From positions 36,580,001 through 36,644,000 of the forward strand of contig OZ024746.1 in assembly GCA_964016885.1 (NCBI GenBank): DNA of 64,000 bases, in the 5' to 3' direction. Under the pieces are notes generated by a model, which was not told the DNA's origin, did no database searches, and saw only the letters and a list, made by a program, of their open reading frames with translations. The translations under genes and the position numbers were made by a program. The first letter of the stretch is position 1, and every line of letters begins with the position of its first letter. Origin of the DNA: Eledone cirrhosa. Its lineage: Eukaryota. This document shows positions 1-15,667 of the stretch, piece after piece.

Positions 1-460
1 CGGGGAGCCGAGGCATCCATGCGGCTGGGGTTACCAAAGAGCACCCTGTACGCCAGCGGGGCCGCCACGTGCAGGACTGGGTGGTGTCATGGCTATGTGT
101 CTGGTCTGAAGAAAAAGAAAGAGCTAAGTATGGTATGGGGCAGGACGAGAAGGTTTCTGATCTCCTGTTGAGCAAGTTGAGCCCTGAGAATACTATGGCA
201 TGAGATTCAGATAGGCACAGGCTACAACACCTGCTCAACGAGCTATATGGAGGAGCCGTAGTAAGGCATCTCCAGCTTAGTGTGTAGGGGTTTTTTGTTT
301 GTTTTAAGCTATGTATATGTCCCGCTAACGGCGTGGTATGTTTAAGCTTCTCATATTTCTGCTCTGCGTATACGCATAGAGCTTACCTAGCTACCGTCAC
401 ATATTTGGTAAGTCAGACGTGATCATCGCGATTCACATACGACCTACCATACACCTTACT

Positions 461-497
<37 letters not shown>

Positions 498-601
498 GGC
501 TTCTGGGATAAATGTATGAATGTAAAGGAGGTTAGTTATTCATCAAGAAATACCGGGGTTACCAACAAGAAGAGGTTGGAATGCTGATAAATGTACTTAT
601 A

Positions 602-780
602 ATTGTTTCTACCTGTTGTACCCATTACGCAGTACATTACTGGTACCTTATTTTATCGACCCGCATGGACGAAATGCTAGGTTAACTTCGGCGGGATTTA
701 AAATCAGATCGTAAAGGGACGTAACTATGCTGGAAAGCATGTCCGACCCTCTACTGATACTGCCAATTCACTGCCCTTAA
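602..780 (-). mobile_element. tRNA-derived SINE (Meta-domain-like cephalopod family)
   Basis: Reverse complement matches the copies at 9960-10150 and 10172-10400: A-box-like TGGCAGTATCAGTAG, B-box-like region, GGGTCGATAAAATAAGGTACCAGT core. Confidence 0.8.
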
Positions 781-794
781 ATAAATATACTTAT

Positions 795-990
795 ATTCGC
801 TTCTACTTTTCGCTCAAGGCCAGCATTTATCCCAGTGTTATACTGGTACTTTATTTTATAGACCCCGTAAGGATGAAACGCAAAGTTTATCTCGGAGGTA
901 TTTGAACTGCGATCATAAAGGGCCGTAACTCTTTACTGTAAAGCATGGCGTCCGACCCTCTGTCGATACTGCTAATCCACCACCCTTAAA
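795..990 (-). mobile_element. tRNA-derived SINE, second tandem copy
   Basis: Same family as 602-780 (CTGGTACTTTATTTTATAGACCCCGTAAGGATGAAA...TTTGAACT). Confidence 0.8.
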
Positions 991-2028
991 TATACTTATA
1001 ATGATGGGTAATAGGGGCAGCAGTGTGGGTCTGTAAATAGTAACACCTTTTGTGAGTGAGCTTGGGTCGTGCGTGTACATGCTGCTCCATTATTTGGGTT
1101 GGTAGACCTTTTCGGATGGGTTTCCTACTTTGAGTAGGCATCTCGGATTCTCTATTTGTTAGTATCAGTTTTGGTGTGGTAATATTCGTTTTTGTAATAG
1201 CATGTCTGTATATGTGCAGATGTGTGTATGTATTTGTGTACGTGTCATTCGGTCATTTGTGTTTTGCGAGGGGTATTTCGTTTAGGGACTCGGAGATGGT
1301 GAATGAGCTGATTACTCTCAACGTGTTCAACACTACATGTAGGTGTTTGTGTTTAGCTACCATAAGCATGGCTGCTTCTGACATATAAGTGTAACTTTAT
1401 GTTTTTTTCTCTATGTGATTTTAGTTGCGCCAAGCTAGACTCTGTGTGTGTGTGTGTATGTGTGCGTGTGCGTTTTTATGTTTGTGTAAGTGTGTTTGCG
1501 TAATCTCTTTATATTATACGGTGTTTTTATCTGAATGAGATTTGTCTGGCTTTACCATGTGTGTATATGTATATCTGGATATGAATATGTGTTCCTTTTG
1601 TGAGGTAATGTAAAAATCAAATGGGTTCCGGGAAATAGGTGCGTGCATTTTAGTAGTCGAATTCCGCAGGAAGAAAAGGAAAAAAATATTCTGTAGCTCT
1701 AATCAGAGATTGAATTGAGAATGATTTGTAAAGGAAATAAAAAGAGTGAGCGGGTGGTGTGGTGGGTGTAAATATCACTAAATGATGATGGCGTGGTGTT
1801 GTCAATGCAATAGGGTTTGATATGTTTGCAGCGGAAGGAGGTGTAAATAGTTGACATAATTCATTTCAAGGTGTTCAAATTAATTAACACGGCATTTATT
1901 GTTTTATAGCATGAGATAAATCTGTGTGTTGAGTATATTTGTTTGGTGTATGTCCGATGAAATGATGCCTACATTGTATATGGGTGGTGGGTGTATATAA
2001 CGCCCACAGAAGCGCACACATTCATTCA

Positions 2029-2031
<3 letters not shown>

Positions 2032-2110
<79 letters not shown>

Positions 2111-2123
2111 CATATATATATAA

Positions 2124-2201
<78 letters not shown>

Positions 2202-2294
2202 TATGTGTGTGTGTGTGTGTGTTTATGTGTATGTGTGTGTATGTGTGTGTATGTGTGTATGTGTGTGTATGTGTGTGTATATGTGTGTGTGTGT

Positions 2295-2337
<43 letters not shown>

Positions 2338-2355
2338 ATGTGTGTGTGTGTGTGG

Positions 2356-2388
<33 letters not shown>

Positions 2389-2415
2389 TGTGTGTGTGCG
2401 TGTGTGCGTGTGTAT
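2032..2415. repeat. compound (TA)n-(TG)n microsatellite
   Basis: Directly visible. One of many (TA)n/(CA)n tracts, e.g. 6547-6725, 12738-12822, 13316-13532, 16570-16695, 23864-24098, 36302-36560, 60945-61125. Confidence 0.97.
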
Positions 2416-2419
2416 ATCG

Positions 2420-3560
2420 GGAAGAGGGCTGAAATATTTTATTATTTATTTATATTCATACGCGGATCAAAAGTGTTACCCAATGTCGCAAGTCCCAATT
2501 TTGAGAACACATCCAGAATACAAGAGTGATCAATATTATGACCTATCGTCTGGTGTGTATACGAATTTTTAATTACCGTTAAATATAATGCCTGCCAAAA
2601 ACGCCATATTATGAAATGACATATCATAACAAAGGTAGATAACTATTAGATGTAGATTTGAAAAGTGAGTTCTGTACGTTATAGAAAAGATAGTGTATTA
2701 TATGGTGGAATATAATATATAGATGCTAATATGTATTAAGGTATCGAGTAGAGTAGTATAGACAATGTATCTTAATGAAAGTGCGGTGGTGAAAGAGAAA
2801 TAAGTCATAAATCAAATTAACTTCGTTGAAAATCAATTGCATTTATTTAATGTTTTCACTTAACAAGTAGTTGGGGTTTTAGATGGCATCATCTTTTATA
2901 AATATTGGTCTTTCAGTTCAAATAATTGTTTGGAAATGTCAAATCTTGTAATTCTACGTTTCTCAGTAAGAGAGTGGCATCATTTATTGGTACAATTTGT
3001 GTAAGGACAGGATATTTCAATAAATATCCAAGTAATCTGTTGTGAGACCCTTTTCCCCTGTAATTTCCAAACTTGTTTAACATGGCTGTACTGGTTCTCA
3101 TCTCAGGATTTGTGACGAAGTGGAGAAACCAATACAAATGTTGTTTAAAAGATCTGGCACCTTAGCGACGTAACTATCGCTGATTTCAGAATTTTCTGTG
3201 TTGCCTGTAATCCCTGCCAAATACACAACGGATTTGATATGGTATTACATTTCTGTTGGAACGGGCAGTTCCATTTAATTTGTAAAAGATCACCTTGTAT
3301 TAACTTTGTGTAGTATATAGTATGGAATTGCGACTGAATATTTTACTGTATCTACGTTATGGTGGGAGAGTTTTTGCATGAACATCCTGTATATTACTCG
3401 ATATATATCAACACACACCCAATCACACATAAACGTATGCACAAATTATTCGTTTGTTAATTGATACCGCTGCTAAAGTACGCGGAAAAGATTATTTCAG
3501 TAGGAAGTCAAACCGAATGGAGTTAATAATGGTGTTAAATTTGATCAACATCCTCTTTTC
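2420..3560 (-). mobile_element. degraded Penelope-like element, GIY-YIG region plus 3' UTR
   Basis: Frameshifted minus-strand peptides NCPFQQKCNT, SVVYLAGITGNTENSEISDSYV, FKQHLY..TNPEMRTSTA and SCPYTNCTNK*CHSLTEK parallel the PLE C-terminus at 49010-49330. The 3' end abuts a microsatellite. Confidence 0.6.
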
Positions 3561-3949
3561 AGAGTAACAATGGATCCTAGGATACATCAGCTTAAGCAGG
3601 TTTTAACACTTTACAATTATGTCATATCTGTTCCGTAAATCTAGTAAATATCGTCATTTCCTTATGTTATCAATTGAGTACATGATCTATTCTTTAATTG
3701 AGTAAATCATCAACCACTGAGCAGACACATAATTGATATTTCCAACGCGACATCTCTCACTCTGGGAGCAAAACTGAAGTAATTAAAATTGTTTTGAAGC
3801 TGTAAAATGTAATAGTTTTCAGCATCTACAAGTAATTTGACAATCATGCTCATATTTCAAAATTTAGATATGTCTATATGCCTGTAATATATTTAGTAAA
3901 TAAGAGATCCGTCTCCCTTATAGAATTACATACTCGTCCAAGGAAGCAA

Positions 3950-4950
3950 TTGTACATGTATATATCATATTTATCTTTAGGCAGGTCCCATGCATGGAAA
4001 CACTCTGAAAGTTATGAACCCCTATTAACTTTGATTTGCAAACTATCTGACAGTTTACTTCCTGAAGATATACAATATAAACATTCATAAGTGTCATTAC
4101 CATAGGAATACGTTCTATGACAAATAGCAATGGTGCAAATAAGTCACTTTGGAAGGTATCCCTTTTAGTTTCTACTTTTCCAACGAATATATTGCTCAAG
4201 TACAACATGGCCTTCCACTCTTTCATACTATTCAGAACACAATTGTGATGTGGTTAGCAATACTGAACATCGGCAGGCATACATTATTCCAAGAATAAGG
4301 CACCATTCCACATGCTTTCTTAAGGTCAATCCAGATCATAGATATATATATCCGGTATGATATTTTGTACAAGGCATCAAACTTTTCCTATGGATCAATA
4401 GGGAATAATTGATACCGTGTGGTATCCTATATCGTTTTTGACGTAATATCCCTTCCTATAAAATAACGTTATATGCTCTCTCTGCGAATATTGCATTAAG
4501 TAACGTATATATTATTTTCAAGCATGCTCTCGGACGTTACATCCCCTCAACATTCCTCTTACTTTTTTCTTTTTTAAATGCATTGTTCTTTCCAGTCAAG
4601 AGAGAAATAGAACTCTCTGGACACATTAATTCAAAAGATTAGACAGCCGTTCATGAAGAGCATTTTATCACTTTAACCAAAGAAAATAGATCCCGTTAGG
4701 AGGGGAGCTTTCTAATTTAGTACCTGGTCCACTTGATCCTTCAACTCAACTGTGCATAGGGTAATGTTTCTTTATATTTCTTACTTTGAATTCTGTCTTC
4801 ATGGTTGTTATGAACTCAGCATCACTGCTACGTATTATGATCTTTCACCATATCCTATTCCAGGATTCTGGCTCCTTCACAATGTCCCTTTCCAAAGTGC
4901 AGAAAAATGTTGTTGATTATTTTGAAACAATCTATTCTTCTTGAACTACT
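3950..4950 (-). mobile_element. degraded R4/Dong-like non-LTR retrotransposon RT
   Basis: Minus-strand motifs occur in the correct order: N*KAP, LHERLSNLLN (~4630-4715); ISMIWIDLKKACGMVPYSW (~4290-4345, cf. WIDYKKAYDSVPHSW); KRDTFQSDLFAPLLFVI (~4115-4170, cf. RGIFQGDSLSPLLFVI). Confidence 0.7.
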
Positions 4951-6147
4951 CAATTCACTTAAGATATTTATTCATCTTATGGCTTTTCATGAAAATTTTC
5001 TTTTAATTCTCTTCCAGAATCCTACGCGATATATTGAGCCTCTGAGACGAGTGCCTGATATTACGCCAATTAACGCGGTACAATTAGCCACCAATTATTA
5101 TTATTATATCTGAGGTCACCACTACAAACGCACTTGAAAATGGATCGTAAAATACAATATTTGGGATTATTGAAAATGGCTAAGGTAACATCTTATCGGC
5201 CTCAATATTTTAATTAACTTCATTCAGTTCTTTTTTCGTTCTTATTACTTTGACATTTTCACCAAACACGCATTGATGGGCTTCCAAAAATGCAAACGTA
5301 TTCTTTATTTGTATTTGTATCGCTTATTTAAAATATATTCATGAAAAATACTCCGAAAACTGCTTCTCTCTATATAACCTTTTTTAAGTAAAGTGTGGCC
5401 TGCAATCACTGGTGCGAATTATAATCGTGTCAATATGTATAGACGATCATTTTCATAACTTGAAATGTTTAGCATATGCCATAAGTCTATTTGGAAACAG
5501 AATTTATCTATATTGATATGCATCATCGTCATACATTTTAGATGCAATAAGTTTTCTTTGCTCCTGATTAAATAAGCATATCCCCATTTCTTATAGGACG
5601 AATTGAAAGAATATTTTATTTCAAAATTGCCTTGCATATATATATAACCATATGGTATTCAATTCTTCAGTAACTTAATATACGTGCGTTTAGACATTAC
5701 TAAAGCGATAATACGATTTCAATCTTCGTCATATATGTTGTTCGTTTAATTCACTATTTACGTCAAAGATAACTGATTATATTTCATTCTAAAATACAGC
5801 AGATTCCTGCAAAAAATTTCTATTTTACAGTATAATGTGTTTTTTTTAAATATCCTATTTATTGTTTTTCCTTCCGTATTTTCCCTCATTTTTATGTACG
5901 GCTATGTTTCATAGTTCCAGATTTTTTTTCTAATCATTTATCTCGGAAAATTTTCCATACATCACTTTTATATTATTTCTATGTCCTTATTTCATACATT
6001 TTCTCTCTCCCCTCTACACTGTCTTTCCTACTTGCTCTCACTATACCATTAGCCCTCTCGTTCACTCTATCTCTCTCACTTACTCTTTCCCAGGTAGACT
6101 GAATTATATTAAAACGTAAACACATTAATATCGATATTCATATTATG

Positions 6148-6192
<45 letters not shown>

Positions 6193-6543
6193 TACATTTC
6201 CATATGCTTGATCATAGAGAAAATATATATTTTTCCTTTTCTATTTATCATTTCAGTTAAGTATACTTTCTGTTCCTTATGTAAGGAAATTCTTGTAATT
6301 TCTTTTATGTCTATTTGCATTCAGTGAGCAAAAATTCAAACTCTTACACACAAACATAACTGTAGGCGCAAAATGTAGATCAGCAGCAAAGAGAATAAAT
6401 CGTCTCTAGGGAAATGTGTGTGTGTGTGTGGGGGGGGGGGGTTGTATGTTCGTGTGTTAGTGTGTGTAATTATATGATGCAGACATATTTGCTTTCATAT
6501 ATAGTTTATTAAAATCACCAGTTTCAGAGATTTCATGCATAAT

Positions 6544-6671
<128 letters not shown>

Positions 6672-7789
6672 TATGTGTGGGTGTGTGTGTGTGTATGTGT
6701 GTGTATATATATGTGTGTGTGTGTGAGTATCTTAGCATATGTAGTGCGTATTTTTCATAATTCTATTTACGATTAGGAACAACGCGTAAATATACCTCCT
6801 TTAATAATATATCTCCAGTCATCCTTTAATATTAAACTTTGAATGACGTTTATGAATTTAGAAAATCCATTTATTTATTATTTACTTGTGGACTTCTACA
6901 TAAATACCCTGACTTTTGTTTTTAGAATTCACAATAACCTTAAAGAAAATACATTCATGTAAATGCCAGGAACTAATATATTTATAATATATATCCGTTA
7001 TCCTTTGTCAGTAAAGTTCCATAATTTTGTTACACGGATAAATCTGTTTTATGGAATCTATAGCACCAAAGAAAAGGAGCTTACACCATATATGATTGCC
7101 TTCAGCAAATATCCAATGCATTTCTACATACAATATATGTGAATATATGACGTTTTGTGTAAACATTTCTTTAATTGCCTTTTCACTTAGGGCTGAATGG
7201 AAATTATACAAAACCTATGAATGTAGACAACTGAGTGTACCCATAAGTTTGCTGCTCTGTAGAAACGTAGTAAATTGCATGTCATATATATTCATATAAA
7301 TGAAAGCCTCTTTACAATATTAATTAGCTCTAAAAAAATTATCTCACAATCAATAACGCGTGGTGAATAGGGACTGGTATGGAACTAGGCAACACAGTCA
7401 AAGATTCCGGAACGTTAGCCATTGGATTACCAGGCTAGAAACAGAATACTTCATTGTATGCCGTATCTAAATATATGTTCAAAATGATTACGCTAAACAT
7501 TATGAGAACATGATCAATATGGAGTTTGATGTCAATGATATAGATCTATATCGAAATGACAAGATAATGAGATTGTTATACTGCAGATTAAATGACATCA
7601 CACGAATTATGTATTTGTCAAAAAGGTTAACCAATTGAAAATGGGATTGGAAAATTGTTGTTATATGTTTTTATTATTGTTAATTCCTGAGTTATTGCTC
7701 TATTCCCATGACTATCTTGTCATATTTATATTTTTTGAATGTGTATAGGAGTTTGAGAAAAACATGAGGGGCTAGTCCCGCGAAACAGG

Positions 7790-8240
7790 AAAATTGCTAT
7801 GAGGTCTGCCGTTTTGGCGTCCGCTCGATCCAGCCCCGCTAGCTCGCGCTGGGAAGGGAAGCCTTCACCATCGAGGCCCCTCATCATGATCTCGTTGAGA
7901 GCAGCATGGCATGGGAGACGGCCAGCATTGTAACCGCATGGCAGTGGGTGGAGACTAAAAGGGTCCACATTGGTACAGTATCGCTATTTGTGAAGCTCAC
8001 AGATGCGGAGGCCGAGCCTCAGAGAATAACTAATGCGCAAGTAGACGTTGTACAGCAGAGTGCCAGTCACAAGTGAGGGAAATATATTGAAGCAGACACA
8101 AAGAGCAAAGAGGAGGAGACCCAATGGATCACCCTGTTGGCCAAACATTGAGGAAGTTATAACCTTTTACACAGTGAAGTAAATGCTTGAGGTCCCGTAT
8201 GATAGGTAGACCTGTGGATAGGTGGAAGGTCAACGGCTGA
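7790..8240 (-). mobile_element. internally deleted CRE-like (RLE-type) non-LTR retrotransposon fragment
   Basis: YLSYGTSSIYF..ITSSMFGQQGDPLGLLLFAL (RT motif B) is joined directly to PSLVTGTLL..LRISYSLRLGLRICELH..VDPFSLHPLPC..AGRLPCHAALNEIM..GFPSQRELAGLDRADAKTAD. The latter resembles the zinc knuckle and RPD-type endonuclease region of CRE elements. Confidence 0.7.
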
Positions 8241-9959
8241 AGCAAATACATTTTCACATGTTTCATACATCCTCGTTGTTTGAACAACATTTCGTTCCAT
8301 CGTATTCCTCCCTCAACCGATATTCCTTGCAATACTTCATAATATCTAGGCAAATTGCTATAATATTCAAGCCTAATGTGGAACTCATACAAATCTAGAG
8401 ACCCACTATTTGAGAGATCTTTTTATTATTATTTTCCACAGACAGATATTGCATTGGAAATCTAGTAGAGATGTGGGTATATGTTCCTTTAAATGGATGA
8501 GTATAAGTTGGTTGTTGCTGCTCTTTTTATTGTTATAGCTATTGTTTTTTTGGGGTTTGTGTTTTTGTCGTATTTGCGAGTTAGCTTTGTTTAGTGCTAC
8601 CGAAAAGATATTTCTTCCTAATAACTTCAGCAGCTTCTAAAACTGCTGACTTAATATTTTCGTCACTCAAAGGACTGGGTATTTTTTTTTGGGGGGGGGG
8701 GGATGATGATGATATCCTACTTTTGACCGGGTGGTTTAAGTGTTACTTTATATAATACAAAATATATTTCTTGAGCGGAAAGAAAACATCATCTAATCGA
8801 TTGTGTCAACATTTTGTGATAATTATCTATACAAATATAACAACATTTTAAATCTCAACAGCGGGTAAACAACGTGACATTCACCTTCAACTGTCAAATT
8901 GCTGGTTTTCACATAGGGGCAAAGACAATAATGTCTAACATTAAATAAATAACTCACCACGTAATCAACAATCCAGTTTACACATTAGAGAATACTTATT
9001 CAATAATGCGAAACATAGATATCATTTATAAAGCTTCTCTCCAGATATATATCACTCACTTAATAAAGATTTGGAAAACTGTGTAAAATGCATTGCTGAA
9101 TTATTGTTTTTGTAACAATCAACAACGCATAAACGCACAAATACACACATATACTACACACACACATACATGCACACACACACAGACACGCACACACACA
9201 ACATGTATATATATAATTTTAAAATCAATCAAGTTGTTTATATTATTGGAATTGTTGGGTAACTTTACATTGTTTATTATTGTGTGCATGTGATTTCACT
9301 TTCTGTAAATTCTTTATAGTTTGCCTTTCCAATGTATTTTTAACGTAAAATCATTTGTTGAAATCATTATCTATCGTGCTGAAATACATGAAAGTATCAG
9401 AGTTTATTTAAGAATCAAAATAACTGATAGAAATAATTATAATATATTAATAATAAGAAGAGAAAAAAAACAAAAACAATATTAGAGCAATATTATCGAA
9501 CAGTAATGATTTGGTTAGAAACACAGTTATAGTTTTTTTGGAGGTATTTATTGTCTCTTTTTAATATTTAAATATATATATCACGTGCATGCAATAAAAC
9601 ATTTATACATTTTTAATAACAATTATAATAGAGAGATTGGCGATAACATAGTGTGATGACAATTGCAATATATATGTTGCGAGGATGTGTGGCATAGATG
9701 TTAGGGAATTGTATTCACAATTTAGAAACTGTGAGTTCAATAACCACATTGGGTGATTTGCTTTGTCCTTGTGCAATACGCTTGACTTCACGTTGGTCTC
9801 TCTGCATTGGACCGATTTGACTAGGTCCACAAAACGCCATAAGCAAATGAGAAATGGGATTTCTTGATTGCTTCCATGAGATGATTATCATGATTCTGAT
9901 GATGCGTATAATGATGATGATCATGATGATAATCATTATTATTATCATTTATGAATATA

Positions 9960-10150
9960 AGCGGTGGATTGGCAGTATCGGTAGACGATCGGACGCCATG
10001 CTGTGACGCATAGAGTTACGGCCCTTGCCATTCTGAGTTCAAATCCCGCCGAGGTTAACTTTGCCTTTCATCCTTACGGGGGTCGATAAAATAAAGTACC
10101 AGTAATGAACTGGTTAATTGCTGGCCTTGTGCCAAAAGTAGAAACAGTTA
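9960..10150 (+). mobile_element. tRNA-derived SINE (Meta-domain-like)
   Basis: A box TGGCAGTATCGGTAG, B box GAGTTCAAATCCC, core GCCTTTCATCCTTACGGGGGTCGATAAAATAAAGTACC. Confidence 0.85.
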
Positions 10151-10171
10151 CTATTATAATTTATATTATTT

Positions 10172-10400
10172 TAAGGGCGGATTATAAGTGGATTGGCAGT
10201 ATCGGTAGAGCGTCGCACATGTTTTGCTACATAGAGAAACGACTCTTTACGTTCTGAGATCAAATCCCACCGAGATTAACTTTGCCTTTCATCTTTATGG
10301 GGTCGATAAAATAAAGCGCCAGTAATGGCACTGGGGTCAATTTAATCGACGTTCTCCTCCTCTCCAAATTGCCGGCCTTGTGCCTAAAGTAGAATCAATT
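10172..10400 (+). mobile_element. tRNA-derived SINE, second tandem copy
   Basis: Same motifs as 9960-10150, with a longer 3' part. Confidence 0.85.
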
Positions 10401-11978
10401 ATTATAATTATTATGAAAATGAATATGTAAATGATGTCCATATTAATGATAGAGAATAATACCGTAATGATTAGTATGTTCTTCTTGGCGGTCAGAAGAA
10501 ATTAAAACCCGAAACAGAGTTCGTGATGACGCTAATGATGGCGAAGATGGTTGTAGTGTAATCGTGATGATGAATAAGATGCTGATGTTGATTGATGATG
10601 ATGATGCTGATGAATATTATGATCATGACGATGATTTCGACCACGGGGAAGTTTACTGCTGATGATGATTATCATGCAGATGTGTTAATATATTACGTTT
10701 TTAAATCATGTTAACACAATAAAATTATACGGTTATATTTTTAACATATTGATAGATTTCCTTTTAAAACGAGGCTAATTTTGTATTGTTATAATGCGAA
10801 GTAATCTCAGTTCACACATATAATCGAACAATTCTCTCTCCTTCCTCTTTCTCTCATTCTCTCCATAGAAATTACAAATTCATGCACAGCTTTTGTTTTA
10901 CACATTATGAATTCATCTTTAATAATAGCAAAGAGTTGTTTCGATAAGGTATTATACGATTTTAGTTACGACAAACTATACGGTATATGGCGAATTGGCT
11001 GAGTCATTTGAACGTGGGGTAAATGCTTTGCAGTATTATTTCCGGCTATCCGAGTTCAAATCATACTAATGTAATCTTTGGATTTCATTTTTTCGATATT
11101 GATAATAAACTCTCTGGAATAAATTTGTTCAGACGTGAAGAGAAATGGGATCAGGCAGCTATAAAAGTCAAACAAAAAAACGCGGTGTGTCACTACGACA
11201 CCTCTAATACTCCTTTAGGAGTTACAGCTTAATGTAAGAGATTTACTAAGTGGTTATAAATCATATCGATGTATGATGTTTGGTTCATGTACTGAAGTTA
11301 TATAAGTAAATACTCGTCGCATATATGCAAACATATATGCAAGCTCAGATCATCGGATTAAATGCCTTTCGTAAGCCCAGGAGTACTGTTAGATGGGTCA
11401 ATATCTTGTTACCCCATTTCAACGGCCGATGAACAGGGTTTTCGTACTTACTACCATCCTCAGAATAGCACACATCACGCACGTGTCTCTACAATTTTTC
11501 AATTGTTTTTTATTGACATATATTATTACATTTGTAAATACGAGCGATTGTATAATATTCAAAATGAGTTGTACGTGTGTTTATATGTGGTTACTCTTAT
11601 TTGAAAGAAAGATTAAAACGAAAAGTTCATGACAGGTTAGGAGAGAATAGAAAATATTTCAAACCGGTAGTTTTACACGCAAGAAAATATAACCGAAATG
11701 ATTTTTGAAGCTTTTGATGAAACCTTTCTCTGGAAATGGAAATTAAGGAAAATGATAGATAGGAAAAGATGGAATAATAAGGCAAACGAAAAACATTTCA
11801 GGTGGATCGTCTACGTGTAGAGAATGTGAATACATCATGAACATCTCAGAATAGGCAGGAGAGAGGAAGATATGGAAAGGAGTAATGAGTTACAGGAGAG
11901 TGAATTTAAAATATGTATTTCGTATATGAATGTTCTTGTATGTGCATGTATTTGTGCTTGCATGAAGATCAAACATAA

Positions 11979-12084
11979 ACTTGAAGATGAAACGTAAACG
12001 GATATAAGACCCAAATCAACTTCACCAATGAGCTCCAGTGACGTTGATTTGGGTCTTACATCCGTTTATATTTGATCTTCAAGT
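11979..12084. repeat. inverted repeat, ~47-bp arms, 12-nt loop
   Basis: ACTTGAAGATGAAACGTAAACGGATATAAGACCCAAATCAACTTCAC pairs with GTGACGTTGATTTGGGTCTTACATCCGTTTATATTTGATCTTCAAGT. Confidence 0.9.
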
Positions 12085-12735
12085 CATATATATTTTACAC
12101 CACTCTTAAAATATTACATGTTGGTTGAAGAAGAATAACTTGAAAAAGTTTCCTTCCTATAGGTATCATAACCATTTAAGGTGGGTTACATCAAAACCAG
12201 TAAATAATAAGTATCATTCAGAACTACGACTATATACGGGTAATGTATTTTTAAAATAGGTTTCAGAACAATATTATGTTAAACCGATTGTTGTTCTTCA
12301 TGTTGATTTTCCTATAATCTCCGTTCAAACAAACGTTCATATAACTTGTGTCATTAAGACATCATAAACTTTAGTCTAAATACCATATGGTATGACTGTC
12401 TTATGTGTATATGCTATATCAAATCTTGTCTTAGACGTATTGTGATTCGATCGGAATGGATACACATCATGATCGTCGTCATCATCATCATCATCCCCCT
12501 AAACTGTTTTATAGATTAAATACCAGTCTGCATCCATACGTTTATTCCAATATACATACGTAAGCACTCGCACACAGAGAGCCTGACAATAACTTATTTC
12601 GGAGGTTTTCTGGATGTTCTGTTTACTAAGTCCTTTACTACTGAATCTCACAATAAACTTCTGAATCGCGAGATTTTGTATGAATCGTTGGACTTTTGGT
12701 GTTCGCTGGCTCAATTATTTTATACATACATACAC

Positions 12736-12824
<89 letters not shown>

Positions 12825-12859
12825 TAATACATTCTCCATGTTCTTTTAAATGGCAGATA

Positions 12860-13076
12860 ATACCTTAACAGCGAGATCCAGAGATGACATTGCACTCAGT
12901 GCTCCTGTGGGAGACTCTGCATGGACAGACTCAAAGGGGAAGACCGAGGTTAAGATTTGTTGACGCCCTAAGGAGAGACACTGGTCTCTTGGTGACGCAG
13001 GACACGGCAGCAGTAATGAGGGACAGAGACCACTGGAGAAAACTCGTCCATCGATTTCGGGGACTTTACCCGCCCT

Positions 13077-13080
<4 letters not shown>
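12860..13080 (+). mobile_element. 3' end of RTE-clade LINE inserted in (TA)n
   Basis: [40 protein letters not shown] matches the typical RTE C-terminus (RGRP..W/F.D, DR..WR). Confidence 0.8.
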
Positions 13081-13131
<51 letters not shown>

Positions 13132-13157
13132 CATTATTCCTTATATATATATATATG

Positions 13158-13315
13158 TAACGAAGGAAGTGTGGTAAGGAAACAGATGGACTATAACGTA
13201 CCAATGTACACAATACTTAGGGTAGTAGTGTGGGTAATAGGAACGAGTAGGACACCGACGGCTGAGCTCAAGCCGTTTCTACGGCTAATTCTGGTCCTAG
13301 TCGTCCTTGTCGTTC
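13158..13315 (-). mobile_element. short non-coding repeat (probable PLE 3' tail) in (TA)n
   Basis: Homologous to 51526-51720 and, in reverse, 43280-43389. All three end in ...CCTTCGTT next to TA repeats. Confidence 0.55.
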
Positions 13316-13388
13316 ATATATATATATATGTATATATATATGCATATATATATATATGTATGTGTATGTATAAATGTATATATATATG

Positions 13389-14560
<1,172 letters not shown>

Positions 14561-15667
14561 AAGTATCAGTGCCAACTCCGATTTTTCTTTCATTTGACAT
14601 GCGTTTTCCTATTTCATTCTTCCACATAACCTTTTCCTTCCTACTGCTACCTTTTGCTGTTTCCCGAAGATTTATACATCTGCATTGCAGAGACTTCCCA
14701 AAACAACCATTTTTAGAGAGGAATATATTTATTAAATGCACATGAATCCCTGGGCGTAAGATTAATTTTGTTAGAATGTTAGTTATTTCATATTTATAAT
14801 GCCGTTTTTGTACATGTTCCATGTATTCATCTTATATAGAATCAAGGTAATTCTATTTGCATTTGATCTGAAACGCTGACAAGTCTGAACTTGTTCGGAG
14901 GGAAAAAGGAAATACAAACAATGTAATAATAAAACAAACAAAACATTCAAAGAAAACAATTATATTTCACTATGGTCGCCGACAATCGTTAAATTATTTA
15001 CACGACTTATTCTTAGTGGAAATTGCTGACCACACTGATAAGAGTTTATGACATCTAAGTTTATAGCGGGGGATGTTAACATCTTTATCTTAACACACAT
15101 CGATTCGTAGTAATTAGAGCGCGCTGGGAGGTGAATGAATTTCCTTAGCTGATAATTGATTTAACTGTATTATTTGTAATACTTGAGCAAGAAGATCGAT
15201 GTTCTCAAACTGTTACTGTGTGTATGGTCTTAATTCACGTACGCTATTATTATCATTTAGTATAAGTTTGTAATGGCCTACTTACATTTTGCCATATCAC
15301 TGCTATAGGTACTACAACTTGTTCCGATCTTGTCAGGTAAGGTCATTATAGCGTGCACTTTTAACATAAATTAACTGAAACCTGCTTGAACTATCATCAA
15401 AGTATAATATAGCACTGCCATCGTAATAGATTATCGAGTTATTGCTTACGCGAGTGTCTGGTTTGCTATCAGCAATATCCTTCATGCTAGAATTGATTGA
15501 ATACAATGCATTTTATTTAATGAAATTATATTAGTGTACAAGGTTTTAAATATGCTTTGATATGATTACACAAAAAAGAAAATTCCTATGACTCGTAATA
15601 GCATATTAATATTCAAACAAATGCAATGCAGGAACGGAATTGATTCAAGATATTTACGGGTTCTCAT

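Noticed and set aside
1-270. GC-rich start as a coding fragment
   Set aside because: Truncated by the window edge, with stops in the frames I read and no recognisable motif.
2203-2572. ORFs rich in CV, YI or HT (and the many similar ones throughout the window)
   Set aside because: They are translations of (TG)n, (TA)n and (CA)n microsatellites.
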